DNA of 64,000 nt from Acinetobacter phage Presley: sequence record KF669658.1. One strand, 5' to 3'. The notes under the pieces are model-generated. The model was given only the letters and a program-made list of their open reading frames with translations, ran no database searches and had not been told where the DNA came from. The position numbers and the translations under genes are program-made. Shown piece by piece: positions 56,301-64,000 of this stretch; positions within the stretch are counted from its first letter, which is position 1; each line of letters opens with the position of its first letter.

Positions 56301-59300
56301 TGCAGTAACAACACGAGGACTATTAATGTAGTTATCAAAATAAGGGATGAAGTTTTCTAATTGAACTTTATCAACTGTATCTGCAGTCTTACCTTCAAAG
56401 TCCATCTTATCTACTGCTTCTTCCATACGGAATGATAGAGCACGTAAGAATTCGCCATACTGTGTGAGTTCGCCTTTATCATTAAAAGGCATTTCATTTA
56501 ATGGTACTTCAATACGATCTTCAACCAATGAAGCAATACTACGATGTACTTTATCAGCCTGTAAGTTAAATGCAGATTCATAACCACTACGTTGGTTATT
56601 CCACATGTTTTGGGCCAAATAGAATTGACCATCATTCACAGCTTTACGTGCATCAAATGCAATATCCAATGAGCGTTCAATAGCCTCATTCACTGCCTTT
56701 TGTGAATCACGAAAATAAACATGTTTATTAGCTAACTCATCCGCAGGTACATAACCAAACATCTCTTTTAATTTATCACCATGGTTATCTACAAGCTTAT
56801 CCATAATACGAGTCATATCCGTATTAAACTCATACGGAGTAGATTGCATCTTCAAAATTACTTCTTTAGCCATATCTGGAACTTTAGATCCTTGGCTATT
56901 GAATTCCTGAATTACTTCTGTGACAGGTTCTGATGTAGGTAATGAACGGTCAGGAGTAAAACCAAATACCTTAGAAAGTATTGAACCACTTTCTTTAGTG
57001 GCTTCCCGAATCTGATTAACACGTGGTGTAGGTGCAAGGTCGCCATCAGTCATTGTCATCTTAGGACGAATGAAATATGAAGTACCTGAGTAATCTACAT
57101 CCCCTTCATCCTTAGCACTTTCATTATTACGTATTACATCATTACGTAATTCCTTCATCTCTTGTGCAGTAATTGAATCCTGTTCAAGTAGATTATCTTT
57201 TAGTAATGCAGCAATAGCTGTATGGCCTAATGCCATTTCAAGTTTAGATTGGCGTTTAGGGTCTACATCATCAAACATTTTGAATCCAAGTGATTGATAA
57301 ATACGTTGACCTAATGATGCAGCTAAAGTTGCACGATGTACCCCAATAGATGTAAGGCGATTGAATACATGTGGAGGTAATTCATCAATATCGGATAAAC
57401 CAAGTTTCTTAATTACATCCTGTGGTGTATCACGTGTCTTACCCCCATTCTCCCCTAACCAAGAGAATGCAGCAGCACTAATAGCTGTAGCAGTATTCTC
57501 GTCTAATTCGCCTTGTTCATTTAACAAGAAATCATTAAATGCAGTATGGCGATAATCTGCATTCTTTTGAGTAGCAACGATATCTTTAATCACCGGATAC
57601 TGAGACTCAGCAACTCGATTAAATGTATCTAAAGTTTGTGCCTGTTTCTCAGTAAGCTGTATACCTGCTAAACGCTCAGCAATGGCCTTATAGTTTTCTG
57701 GTTTCAAGTAGTTACTACGGAAGTTAGTAGCCATAACTAATGGACTATTTAAACCATTACGTACTCGTTGAGTGAATCCAGATAGCACAAGGTTCTGTTG
57801 CCTTGCAGGTTTAGTCTTCTCTGCTTTTACTGACTCTACTGAGGAATTAACCAAAGGACTAATAGCACCCTCTACTGCAATAGTAGTTTTAGGAGATACT
57901 GCAGTATTAGCATCAGATTCTATTGCTGCTTCTGGTTGGGTTGTTTGTGTACTTGGTTCAGCCTGCACCGCCGTATCTGTCGCTTCGCTTACGCTCTGCT
58001 CTGATACTGGTGCAGTCTTAGTATTATTGACTAATTGTTCGTATTCTTGTTGACGAATATCACTAGCACGCTTTAATGCTTGATCTCTTACTTCATTAAA
58101 GTTTTCACCAGTAACATCAGTTATCACATTAGGATCTGCCATACCTAATACACGTTTAGAATTACTTCTTTCACGTGCTGCAGTGTCACGGCCATTAGTA
58201 CGTTCAAAGTTATTTAGTGCATCCATAGCATCGGTAAATGGGTCTACTGATACAGTGTCTTGTACTGGTTGTTCTGTGGTTGTTTGTTCTTGGCTTTGCT
58301 TAGAGTATTTAACCATTTCCTGCATAGCTAAGTTAGTAGCTTTAATACCCTCTACTTCTGCAGCCAATGAATTAATTAAACGCTGTGAACCACCAGTACC
58401 ATCTGCTTTCATTGGATGTACTAATACACCTTGGTTCTTTTTAAAGATGTCATTAGAGATCTGTTCATTATCATGAACATTCCAAGTACCGTCTGTATTA
58501 CGTGTAACTTGGATACGTACATTTAAATTATTAGCAGCTTCTTGTGCTTGTTGTAATGCATCTAATTTACCTGATTGAGTAAATTCAAAATTAGAGATAT
58601 CACGTAGTAGCGATTCCTGACGTGTAGGCTCATTACGTTGGATAGCTTTACCCATGAAGTCCATGTACTGAGCTAAACCACGATAACCTACACCACCTTT
58701 AGTTACATCATTATTTACGATACCAAGATCTTTCATTTGGTTCTGAGCAATAATCGCATCATTAACCACACGTAAAGTAGAACGTGTAGCTTCTGGTACA
58801 TTCTCATCAGCCATAAGTTCTTGAATACGTTTAGCCTGAGAAATGCTAGGAGCCTGTAAGATCTCATCAGCTTCTGTACGTTGTACTGAGTTTTCTGGTT
58901 GTAAGTTCTGATAGTAACTATTAAATGCATCGTAATTTTCTTGAGTACGATCAAGAGTGGCTTTTAATTCATCACGGCGTGCAATGTAGGTATCCATATC
59001 ATTAGAGATATCTTGTGCACGGGTAAGCTGTGATTGAAGCAATTCATCTTTCTGTGCAATGAGTTCTTCAACCTTAGCTAACATCTCTGGATTATCAGCA
59101 AACTTAGCACGGTTTTCTTCTGCCTTAGCTTTGAACTGTTCATATTTAGCCTGTAAGTCAGGTAGGTTCTCAGCATCACGGATATTTTGATCTACTACGT
59201 TATATTGATTTTGTGCTTCATTGTAGATTGCGTCTGTTTGCTCTTTAATCGCAGATAAGTTCTCTGGACTACTGTTAGGTAAGTCTGTTGCTAAGATGCG

Positions 59301-60803
59301 GTTAATGGCCTTATCTGGAGCATATGAAGGGCTTTCTGGATTAGATAAGTCCTCAAGTGATTGATCAGCACTTCCTACTTTATTAGCTGCACGTTGTTGC
59401 ATTGTAGAACCAATAGCATCGGTAGCTATATGACCTGCTTGGATAACAGATCCTGGAGCAGCAAAACCCGCACCCATAGCAGCACCTAATACACCTGCTT
59501 CTACGTTATCTACTAAATCAAAGTCAGTAGATAAGTTACCCCATGAATTTTCAATCTGGTTTTGTGCAAATTCAGTAGCACCTTCTACTGCTGCAGTCTT
59601 AGCAATATGAGTAACAGGTGATGCTACTTTACCAATAGTACCCATACCTAAAGCTTCTGCTAAGCCTGTACTTGGTACTGTACCTTTTAAGGCACGTAAT
59701 GCCATAGCATTTTCAACAAAGTTTAATGCACTATATCCTGCAGTAGCACCAGTCATTGCCAGTTCTTCACCAGTAGAAGGATTAATCTCACCTGTACGTT
59801 GTTGGAAATTACGGCGGTTATCATTCTCTAAACGCTGTGCATCCAATGCCATAGTTCCACCCATTGTACGCTGAATTAAGTACGGGGCAGTGGTAGCCAT
59901 TAAATCACCTAAGTAAGCAGGATTTTCTTTAATAGCGTGGGCTACATTACTAGCAGTGTCAGTAGTAGCAGATAGAGCAGAAAGGATTGCAGATCCATAT
60001 TCACCTGATTCCCATTGTGATTTAGCAGTTTCCCAATCAGTCTTAGCTTGTGCTAGATCACCTAATGATTGTTGATAGTTTTCTTCATTTAAATGGTTAT
60101 ACCAACTTTGTGTATCTAATCGATTTGGTATACCCGCTTTCTTATTACCAATAGTGGCATAAGCTTCTGTTTCTTTTTGACGTGCATTATCCAATACTTC
60201 TTTATACGTCTTAGGTGCACTGAAATCCCAAAAGCCTTTAATAGCATATGGGTTAGAACCCTGTAATAGATTCTGCTCTTCTTGGCTTAACTGACCACCT
60301 GCTAATTGTTTCTGGTATGCAGCTATAACGTTATCGGGTACACCTGCATAGTCACGGCGTACATCAGATAATTGATTACCCGCATAAGCATTCAAACCAA
60401 GTTCAGCTAAGTGAGCACCTGCTTGTGCTGTCCAGTTAAGTAGATTGGCTGCACCACTTTTAATTGGATTGCTAGAAGTAAGGTTGTTATATGAAAGCAA
60501 TCCTGTTTCTTCTTTACGCTTATGGTACTGGTCTACCTGTGGTTGTAACGCTGCAATAGATACATCGTTATAAAACTCTTTAGTAGCACGTGAAGGTATA
60601 CCACCTGCATTGATGTAGTCTTGGAGTGATGCATATTGTTCTGCAACCGGATCGTATGATTCTGGTCGATTGGCTGCTATTGGAGATTGCTCAATGGAAG
60701 CAGATACCACTTTAGGAGCAAGCTCAGAAGATATACGCCCCAAAGCTTCCATAACAGAAGTCTGCTTAGAGCCTACATCAAATACTGATTTATACTTAGC
60801 CAT
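50325..60803 (-). CDS. giant virion-encapsidated RNA polymerase (N4 gp50-like vRNAP, 3492 aa)
   Basis: Single 10.5-kb ORF. Its size (N4 vRNAP is about 3500 aa), its position next to virion genes on the late strand and the co-occurring split RNAP II all match the N4 arrangement. Confidence 0.7.
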   Translation of the reverse strand: MAKYKSVFDVGSKQTSVMEALGRISSELAPKVVSASIEQSPIAANRPESYDPVAEQYASLQDYINAGGIPSRATKEFYNDVSIAALQPQVDQYHKRKEETGLLSYNNLTSSNPIKSGAANLLNWTAQAGAHLAELGLNAYAGNQLSDVRRDYAGVPDNVIAAYQKQLAGGQLSQEEQNLLQGSNPYAIKGFWDFSAPKTYKEVLDNARQKETEAYATIGNKKAGIPNRLDTQSWYNHLNEENYQQSLGDLAQAKTDWETAKSQWESGEYGSAILSALSATTDTASNVAHAIKENPAYLGDLMATTAPYLIQRTMGGTMALDAQRLENDNRRNFQQRTGEINPSTGEELAMTGATAGYSALNFVENAMALRALKGTVPSTGLAEALGMGTIGKVASPVTHIAKTAAVEGATEFAQNQIENSWGNLSTDFDLVDNVEAGVLGAAMGAGFAAPGSVIQAGHIATDAIGSTMQQRAANKVGSADQSLEDLSNPESPSYAPDKAINRILATDLPNSSPENLSAIKEQTDAIYNEAQNQYNVVDQNIRDAENLPDLQAKYEQFKAKAEENRAKFADNPEMLAKVEELIAQKDELLQSQLTRAQDISNDMDTYIARRDELKATLDRTQENYDAFNSYYQNLQPENSVQRTEADEILQAPSISQAKRIQELMADENVPEATRSTLRVVNDAIIAQNQMKDLGIVNNDVTKGGVGYRGLAQYMDFMGKAIQRNEPTRQESLLRDISNFEFTQSGKLDALQQAQEAANNLNVRIQVTRNTDGTWNVHDNEQISNDIFKKNQGVLVHPMKADGTGGSQRLINSLAAEVEGIKATNLAMQEMVKYSKQSQEQTTTEQPVQDTVSVDPFTDAMDALNNFERTNGRDTAARERSNSKRVLGMADPNVITDVTGENFNEVRDQALKRASDIRQQEYEQLVNNTKTAPVSEQSVSEATDTAVQAEPSTQTTQPEAAIESDANTAVSPKTTIAVEGAISPLVNSSVESVKAEKTKPARQQNLVLSGFTQRVRNGLNSPLVMATNFRSNYLKPENYKAIAERLAGIQLTEKQAQTLDTFNRVAESQYPVIKDIVATQKNADYRHTAFNDFLLNEQGELDENTATAISAAAFSWLGENGGKTRDTPQDVIKKLGLSDIDELPPHVFNRLTSIGVHRATLAASLGQRIYQSLGFKMFDDVDPKRQSKLEMALGHTAIAALLKDNLLEQDSITAQEMKELRNDVIRNNESAKDEGDVDYSGTSYFIRPKMTMTDGDLAPTPRVNQIREATKESGSILSKVFGFTPDRSLPTSEPVTEVIQEFNSQGSKVPDMAKEVILKMQSTPYEFNTDMTRIMDKLVDNHGDKLKEMFGYVPADELANKHVYFRDSQKAVNEAIERSLDIAFDARKAVNDGQFYLAQNMWNNQRSGYESAFNLQADKVHRSIASLVEDRIEVPLNEMPFNDKGELTQYGEFLRALSFRMEEAVDKMDFEGKTADTVDKVQLENFIPYFDNYINSPRVVTATEAMLRLRNHDDVNPADLDTVIDMVKEFGMGGLSLSALNTLASMLEAKQRGDKSFTAALPGESDGVTNGYALTQVMLNTANNEGYKSVGIFPDSEITNVPQYRERGGLNGGKGRDVYQQLGDLQKGIWKEEVRDDSPRGRAVRSLDYIDTAYGKRGGAKRAATPFNYGSGNASVNRASARGTLKAFYQKLENSYNSPDKDKNLNSDKAAINAILTYAQEIGYDVPLVKDFGNVLDFTLSREQEAAFMAADIALHGEATTEALKALAGPFIQSRDRKTLLATTAFEVYDSVLEHMINEATEKARSEGKLLEVKGKAIEGLSAKELKAIQRKANKFMPSLATPMGIESGQASTSSIPLMKQEVKWDRSPMYEMQLKYNGVQSMRTGVREYRYVDPGVSGLALYIQSHDAYITFRTMKDHAVQNFHDANAGNAYQLNAIARTQNEAFLDAVTISHAGKAFTTALLKPFKGIVDTKLPLSKEMKLRLRNSAVGLARSYNLKLNAPYAEVFSHVVEQEFNADIAKMERIIQQEYINQYGTEGGEYKITDEKRTELNKRLESLKRAKAKAVEQAKQIGSDLGNYLKGTSEIIDKEVPKPIAPQPSKTVMGAILMESPIKGPADLVQRVKQELKDYTHQGGNTGRYASLYSSLLDIALPSIPKNLDIQTYQSFEQVPVETRGLIEAREQGTNAWFITGDKPQLILVSDGSLNTGIFVHEIMHAATANAIREIQKNPNKYPKAQESLDKLTRLYEHVKSKTTDSSPEIVKYGTQNLDEFIATGLTDPRFINHLDSIVDVPKEARGMNKLLTAFRGLVSGILDALYAVAGKNRKYNPKELTAYEALILDSVEFIGRTQDISNTKQMDILGAPKTAANAQVSNYTAKEVFDAIDDGKLNSEFKAHLSELMTNVTDKLMNESSTTFLRSKNAYSPDALWDKALKSGKAPYTTAALTAGFNLTAQEQFAIEALEVATNAVIKDKSLTPVFREIQRIYDKARNDLKPENFHPGDWSVASPAQKKAAEAKYEHVFGIYSKGDHFAKFMAMALGSQEVNSLLNFGLEKERIGKQTPFDKLLAAIDTVVNTAYGFLTRTQLEHTADKKLPILAEQLVDIDLKNRNKALTVVEKAIDAAEEISNKVTTKSRAKITKILAKSPTANSKNKYVKIAHNMARTSAAAGNVFGIMDVLKEFRESEKPNERLGFGGELLNEIASTNPSQAVAQKLLNTAKQNETMRKRISDVVKHDLLSMFDNQGKDLNREQRKAITYGALRTDMQSLLNHFDVSGINTLVKDNVALSREIKKAESSIKDVMKINRAKDLAWYMVSGEAANMLAKNAELIAMDGGFIANTKPSPKLVEQIDKLVSLYAISYLNTSDRTALSEVMDKELARGKDNGIESLLKLHQSMVIDSRDALFAGNPLSMVKGYLPEITNSNRELVVARTSAERDRYESAYYKKISDLQKDPLDPDTNPATLYFSEDAGHQRYVSGAIALNNYGRKGQEVQMTPQELANARNAVRSRMSRDPNYDPRKKDSRHMVPNYDTDGNIMGFSYEMTHQVRDSFLERNNDFSDILGAFAATGYDKLTTAEQNNIVIETLHQDFLENYAKAPLSYLRIEPYSKDPVIAQAWAMMPQQTRDHIKAVTGENALYVKNDVFLTVFGARKLSITNAFDKEPDFRNVGEKAVVAVMGTLTELFGGNSRTKAATAERVWMKAVQLMKSFVVIRNVSTMVGNIVTNTFLLMAHGVSPSTLIKDTVTSVKGGIQYRKDMAELIKLQARQRANIGNANELQKEIDRIQDSLDRNPLKGFIEEGMLSGIVEDIDPSANMYSYKSGMERKYEDVIDKVPQTVRTAAKWLFVSPGTPHYQFLHSATQFSDFSAKYVLYKHATTRKRDRLSHDEAIQLASDNFINYDVPTSAGMQYLNDVGLLMFTKYNLRIQKALFQLIGKRPASAIGQAILLNAISNLPPGIDPIVFNQWGNPLRSGPFGLSGSWDEPFPIQALKTLF

Positions 60804-60825
60804 GTTTATACCTGAAATAAAATAA

Positions 60826-60843
60826 GCGTGTTAATTAACACGC
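60826..60843. repeat. 18-bp perfect palindrome GCGTGTTAATTAACACGC between the SLT gene and vRNAP
   Basis: Followed on the minus strand by 'ttattttatttc'; could be a terminator/attenuator or a dyad operator. Confidence 0.5.
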
Positions 60844-60864
60844 CTATCCTATCAGATACTGATT

Positions 60865-62664
60865 TTATTTATGAAATGGATTGTCAACCTTACCTATAGC
60901 TTTACCCTTCTTCTTAGCCCACTCAGGATCAAATAGAGCGTATAAAGACTGTTTAGGTATAGCACTTGGAGGTAAACCTGCATCAGTTAATACTTTGTTT
61001 ACAAAGCTATCTAATAACGCTGTACGCTTAGCATCAATATTTGCTTGTGCAAGCTTACGATCTTCAAGAATGGTTTCATTAATCTTTTCATTAATATCCC
61101 CAGGATTCTTGTAGAACAATCCTTGGTTAGCCTTGGTATAAGACATCATGTTATCCAGTACCTTTAATTTCTTAGAGGTAGGTAACTTTTTAAACTCAGC
61201 GTTCTTTTGAGCAATGTTATAAACATCATCCGCATCTGTAGCATTGAATAAACGTGTTACAGAATTAGAATTATTTTTAGCATTGCGATTATCATATAGC
61301 CATTGGTCTAATGTCTTCTGACCTGACATTGGAGATTCAGGGCCAGACTCTACAGTCCCTAGCTTACTTAAAGCAGTTTTATATTCAGTCTGTGCAGCAG
61401 CTACTACCTTAGCATTAAGTGGGATACCCAATGCCTGACTAACTGAATTTGTTTTGGCTACTGTAGTTTTACTAGGTGTTGTTGCAGCAGGACTACCTTG
61501 TACAAAGTCTTTCATCTTAGTACCTGACATTGACTGCCAGTTACTACCTAAAATTTGAGGAACATAGTTCTGTGTTTCTTTAGGTAAATAAGATAAGAAG
61601 CTACCTCCTTTTTCTTTGGCTGTAGCTACTGCTTTTTGTACTTTACCCGGACCTGCATTATAAGCAGCTACCGATTCAGGAACTGAGAAACCATGTGCTT
61701 TACCAATACGACTGATATACTCAGTAGCCCATGCTTTCTGTTGTTCTGCCGTAGTGTTATGAAGATCAATAGGCTTCATTCCATAACCCGGTTTAGCAGC
61801 AGTAGCAGGCATAATCTGTGCTACACCTAATGCACCTCTAGGTGATTTAAGTAAGTTACCGTCAGCAGTTCGATGTGTTTGATTAGGCCCCGACTCTGCA
61901 GAAAATAAATTACCCATCAATGAACTAAATGCATCAATACGAGTTGGGTTAGTAACCGTCTCATATTTGAAGTCACCAGTAGTAGGGTCATAAACTACTT
62001 TCTGTTCAGTAGTACCCGCATTAGGGAATAGAGAACCAGTAAGTGAAGCTGCAGTAGATAGATCAGCACGTTTATCAGAATTCAACTGTAGTTGATAGTT
62101 CTGATTCCAATGCTTCTCTTGTAATGCATCTTGTACTTTCTGACGTTCTTGTTGAGCAGCATAACGCTTGTCATCAGTTAAGGTGTTATACAGTGGCATA
62201 GCATTACTATGTATTTGCCCTAACAATGCCTGAGCTTCACCTGTCTTACCTGCAGCAGATAATTGCAATGCTTGGTTAATGATTCCACGGTCAGCGATCT
62301 GAGCCTGTTGTTCATCATAACTAAGTTGATTCTGTTGTAGATTAAGCGATGCATTAGCACGATTAGTTAATGTGTCCTGTTGTGCACCTAATGCTTGTAA
62401 TACTTTAAGCTGATCTACGCCACGGCCTTGTGCTGCTACCGCATCCGCTATAGCAGTACGGCCTGTCGCTAGATCCTCTAAGTTAGTGAGTGCTGCAATC
62501 TTAGCTAAAGCATCAGTAGTGTTCTGATCACGAATATCACTACCATACCCTAATAATGCTTTACCAATTGCACCTACGCCACCAAGTATTCCTGCATTGG
62601 CACTATCCAAGAAGGAAGCATTAACTGGCGCAGCTTGTAACGGTTGCCAATCAATACGAGCCAT
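60865..62664 (-). CDS. virion protein with lytic transglycosylase (SLT) domain (599 aa)
   Basis: 'GALGVAQIMPATA' SLT signature; SD 'acggagtataagat'. Confidence 0.55.
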   Translation of the reverse strand: MARIDWQPLQAAPVNASFLDSANAGILGGVGAIGKALLGYGSDIRDQNTTDALAKIAALTNLEDLATGRTAIADAVAAQGRGVDQLKVLQALGAQQDTLTNRANASLNLQQNQLSYDEQQAQIADRGIINQALQLSAAGKTGEAQALLGQIHSNAMPLYNTLTDDKRYAAQQERQKVQDALQEKHWNQNYQLQLNSDKRADLSTAASLTGSLFPNAGTTEQKVVYDPTTGDFKYETVTNPTRIDAFSSLMGNLFSAESGPNQTHRTADGNLLKSPRGALGVAQIMPATAAKPGYGMKPIDLHNTTAEQQKAWATEYISRIGKAHGFSVPESVAAYNAGPGKVQKAVATAKEKGGSFLSYLPKETQNYVPQILGSNWQSMSGTKMKDFVQGSPAATTPSKTTVAKTNSVSQALGIPLNAKVVAAAQTEYKTALSKLGTVESGPESPMSGQKTLDQWLYDNRNAKNNSNSVTRLFNATDADDVYNIAQKNAEFKKLPTSKKLKVLDNMMSYTKANQGLFYKNPGDINEKINETILEDRKLAQANIDAKRTALLDSFVNKVLTDAGLPPSAIPKQSLYALFDPEWAKKKGKAIGKVDNPFHK

Positions 62665-62667
62665 ATC

Positions 62668-63228
62668 TTATACTCCGTATTTCTTCATATATTCATCAAC
62701 ACCCATATAACTAGAATTACTAGCTACACGTGCACGTTGACGATCTGCTAATTGTGAATTAACCATCTGACGTTGATTCTGATAGTTACGTTCATTGGTT
62801 TGCTCTTGGTTCTTGAACTGCTTCTCTAAAAGGTTCATAGATCTATTACCCTGGTAGAAAGAGAATAAACCATTAGCCAAACCAACACCTAAACCTAATA
62901 AGGCTTGATTATTAGCAGACCAGTCACCAAACTTTTTCATACCCCCCATGAATCCACCTGTATCAGCAGTAACACCACTTAAAGTAGATCCTGGGGTAAC
63001 ATTACCATTAGGTGATAAACCCGCAGACTGCATATAGTTACCAGTTATATAATCACTAATAGAAGGCATCCCACTATTGTAAGAAGTGGATACCCCTAAA
63101 GGCGTGAGTGAACTTTTTAACATACCGAAATTGGGGGCAGTTAATCCCATATTCGGTGCATAGGCAGTAGGGTTCCCTGCCCAATCAAACATCTCAGCCA
63201 TGTTGTTATTCCTCTTTGGTTGATTCAC
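62668..63228 (-). CDS. hypothetical virion protein (186 aa, G/N/S-rich)
   Basis: SD 'agagga'. Confidence 0.5.
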   Translation of the reverse strand: MNQPKRNNNMAEMFDWAGNPTAYAPNMGLTAPNFGMLKSSLTPLGVSTSYNSGMPSISDYITGNYMQSAGLSPNGNVTPGSTLSGVTADTGGFMGGMKKFGDWSANNQALLGLGVGLANGLFSFYQGNRSMNLLEKQFKNQEQTNERNYQNQRQMVNSQLADRQRARVASNSSYMGVDEYMKKYGV

Positions 63229-64000
63229 GCATAAAGTCTTGGAAGGTAGGTATGTTAATAGCCATATCTACATAGTTACCCGGCAAGGATTGTACCATCA
63301 TGGACATATCCACACCTGCCTTAGTTCTATCGATATAGTCTGCAGGAAATTCACCCATACGTATATCCATAGATGAAGGTACATTAGCCATAAGGAAATA
63401 GTCAGATTTAATATCTGTGATACCTAGATCCTTAATACGGTCTTTCAATTCTTGCATCTTGGCTTTAAATGAATCAGCAGATTCGTTGATTGCTTTAATT
63501 ACATTTAATGCCTGTAGTTTCATACCTTCACTGCTAATCTGGAATGATGTATTAGCTACTGTTAATAATTGCTGTGCTGTAATTCCTGCTACACCTACGG
63601 TATCTGATAAGGCAATATATCCACCATAGATAATAGCCACTACAGCAATTACAGCGAATACAATTCCCACATCGATATGTAATACATTAACTAGAAATTT
63701 AGCCACAAGCGTTACAGCAACACTAATTACTACCGCTTGGGCTACTGCATATAAGACGGCATACAAGGTCATACCCTGTCCCCCTGTAAATAGGGATACC
63801 ACCACAGCTACAATAAACATGATTACTTTGAATATACCTGTCTGATACCACTTCTGTTTAACTACCTGTACGGTATGCAACATGATAATAAGAGACTTGC
63901 AGTAGAGATCATTCTTTTCACGACTATTGAAGGTATCTAGTACAGAAATATCAAAAGGTACAATTAAATTATCATCCCCACCTGCAGATACTGTTGTATA
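63206..64000 (-). CDS. multi-TM membrane/virion protein, 5'-truncated by the window edge
   Basis: The track ORF 63206..63883 starts at an ATG with no SD. The frame stays open to position 64000, so the gene probably starts beyond the window. Confidence 0.4.
   Translation of the reverse strand, partial: YTTVSAGGDDNLIVPFDISVLDTFNSREKNDLYCKSLIIMLHTVQVVKQKWYQTGIFKVIMFIVAVVVSLFTGGQGMTLYAVLYAVAQAVVISVAVTLVAKFLVNVLHIDVGIVFAVIAVVAIIYGGYIALSDTVGVAGITAQQLLTVANTSFQISSEGMKLQALNVIKAINESADSFKAKMQELKDRIKDLGITDIKSDYFLMANVPSSMDIRMGEFPADYIDRTKAGVDMSMMVQSLPGNYVDMAINIPTFQDFMRESTKEE

Noticed and set aside
52285-58476. Several 60-130-aa ORFs on the plus strand inside the vRNAP gene, plus minus-strand 54083..54271 and 58733..58954
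   Set aside because: They are embedded in, or antisense to, a continuous 10.5-kb ORF and have no SD or coupling signals. They are typical shadow ORFs.
1-64000. CRISPR arrays, integrase, transposase or other mobile elements
   Set aside because: I found no periodic repeat-spacer structure, no recombinase signatures, and no inverted or direct repeat pairs bounding an insertion. The gene content is that of a strictly lytic phage.

Overview
This window looks like an uninterrupted stretch of an N4-like (Schitoviridae-type) lytic podophage genome. The DNA is AT-rich by eye, and every inter-gene overlap I checked is 1 or 4 nt (ATGA, TAATG). It holds no tRNA, CRISPR array, integrase or transposase.

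The N4-like call rests on two hallmarks. One is a 3492-aa ORF on the minus strand (50325..60803) with the size and position of a virion-encapsidated RNA polymerase. The other is a T7-like RNA polymerase split into two genes (6956..7906 and 8466..9716), the second carrying the 'VHDAF' motif-C signature.

Layout:
- 1..6.4 kb: an early region of small ORFs separated by AT-rich spacers, with a 7-bp-stem/3-nt-loop DNA hairpin.
- 6.4..9.7 kb: a DprA/SLOG-like protein and the split RNA polymerase. Two small paralogous genes sit between the polymerase subunits.
- 9.8..12.7 kb: a tandem array of eight paralogous small genes sharing a C-terminal 'A-[RKQ]-x-N-L-[LI]-G' motif, with further copies at 14325 and 23567.
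- 13..24 kb: a replication module. It has a MoxR-type AAA+ ATPase, a HExxH+VWA protein, an SF1B helicase, a kinase-like ORF, a family-A DNA polymerase and RNase H.
- 24..27.7 kb: small genes including an Ig-like (BIG2) gene on the opposite strand and a NUDIX hydrolase.
- 27.7..37.2 kb: an embedded minus-strand module. It holds a short tail-fibre-like protein, overlapping o-/i-spanins, an amidase endolysin and a 2133-aa multi-module fibre.
- 37.3..50.2 kb: thyA, RNR beta and alpha, a Cas4-like nuclease, a prim-pol-like protein, a RecA-fold ATPase, a putative SSB, a RuvC-like resolvase and small ORFs.
- 50.3..64 kb: the giant polymerase plus an SLT-domain virion protein and further virion genes, with the last gene running off the window.

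The spanins place the host among Gram-negative bacteria.

The findings of most interest are:
- the paralog array;
- a family of GC-rich 'TCC'-triloop hairpins, two of them embedded in a near-identical promoter/RBS cassette;
- the early-region hairpins and TGTACA palindromes;
- the insertion between the polymerase subunits;
- the embedded fibre/lysis module.
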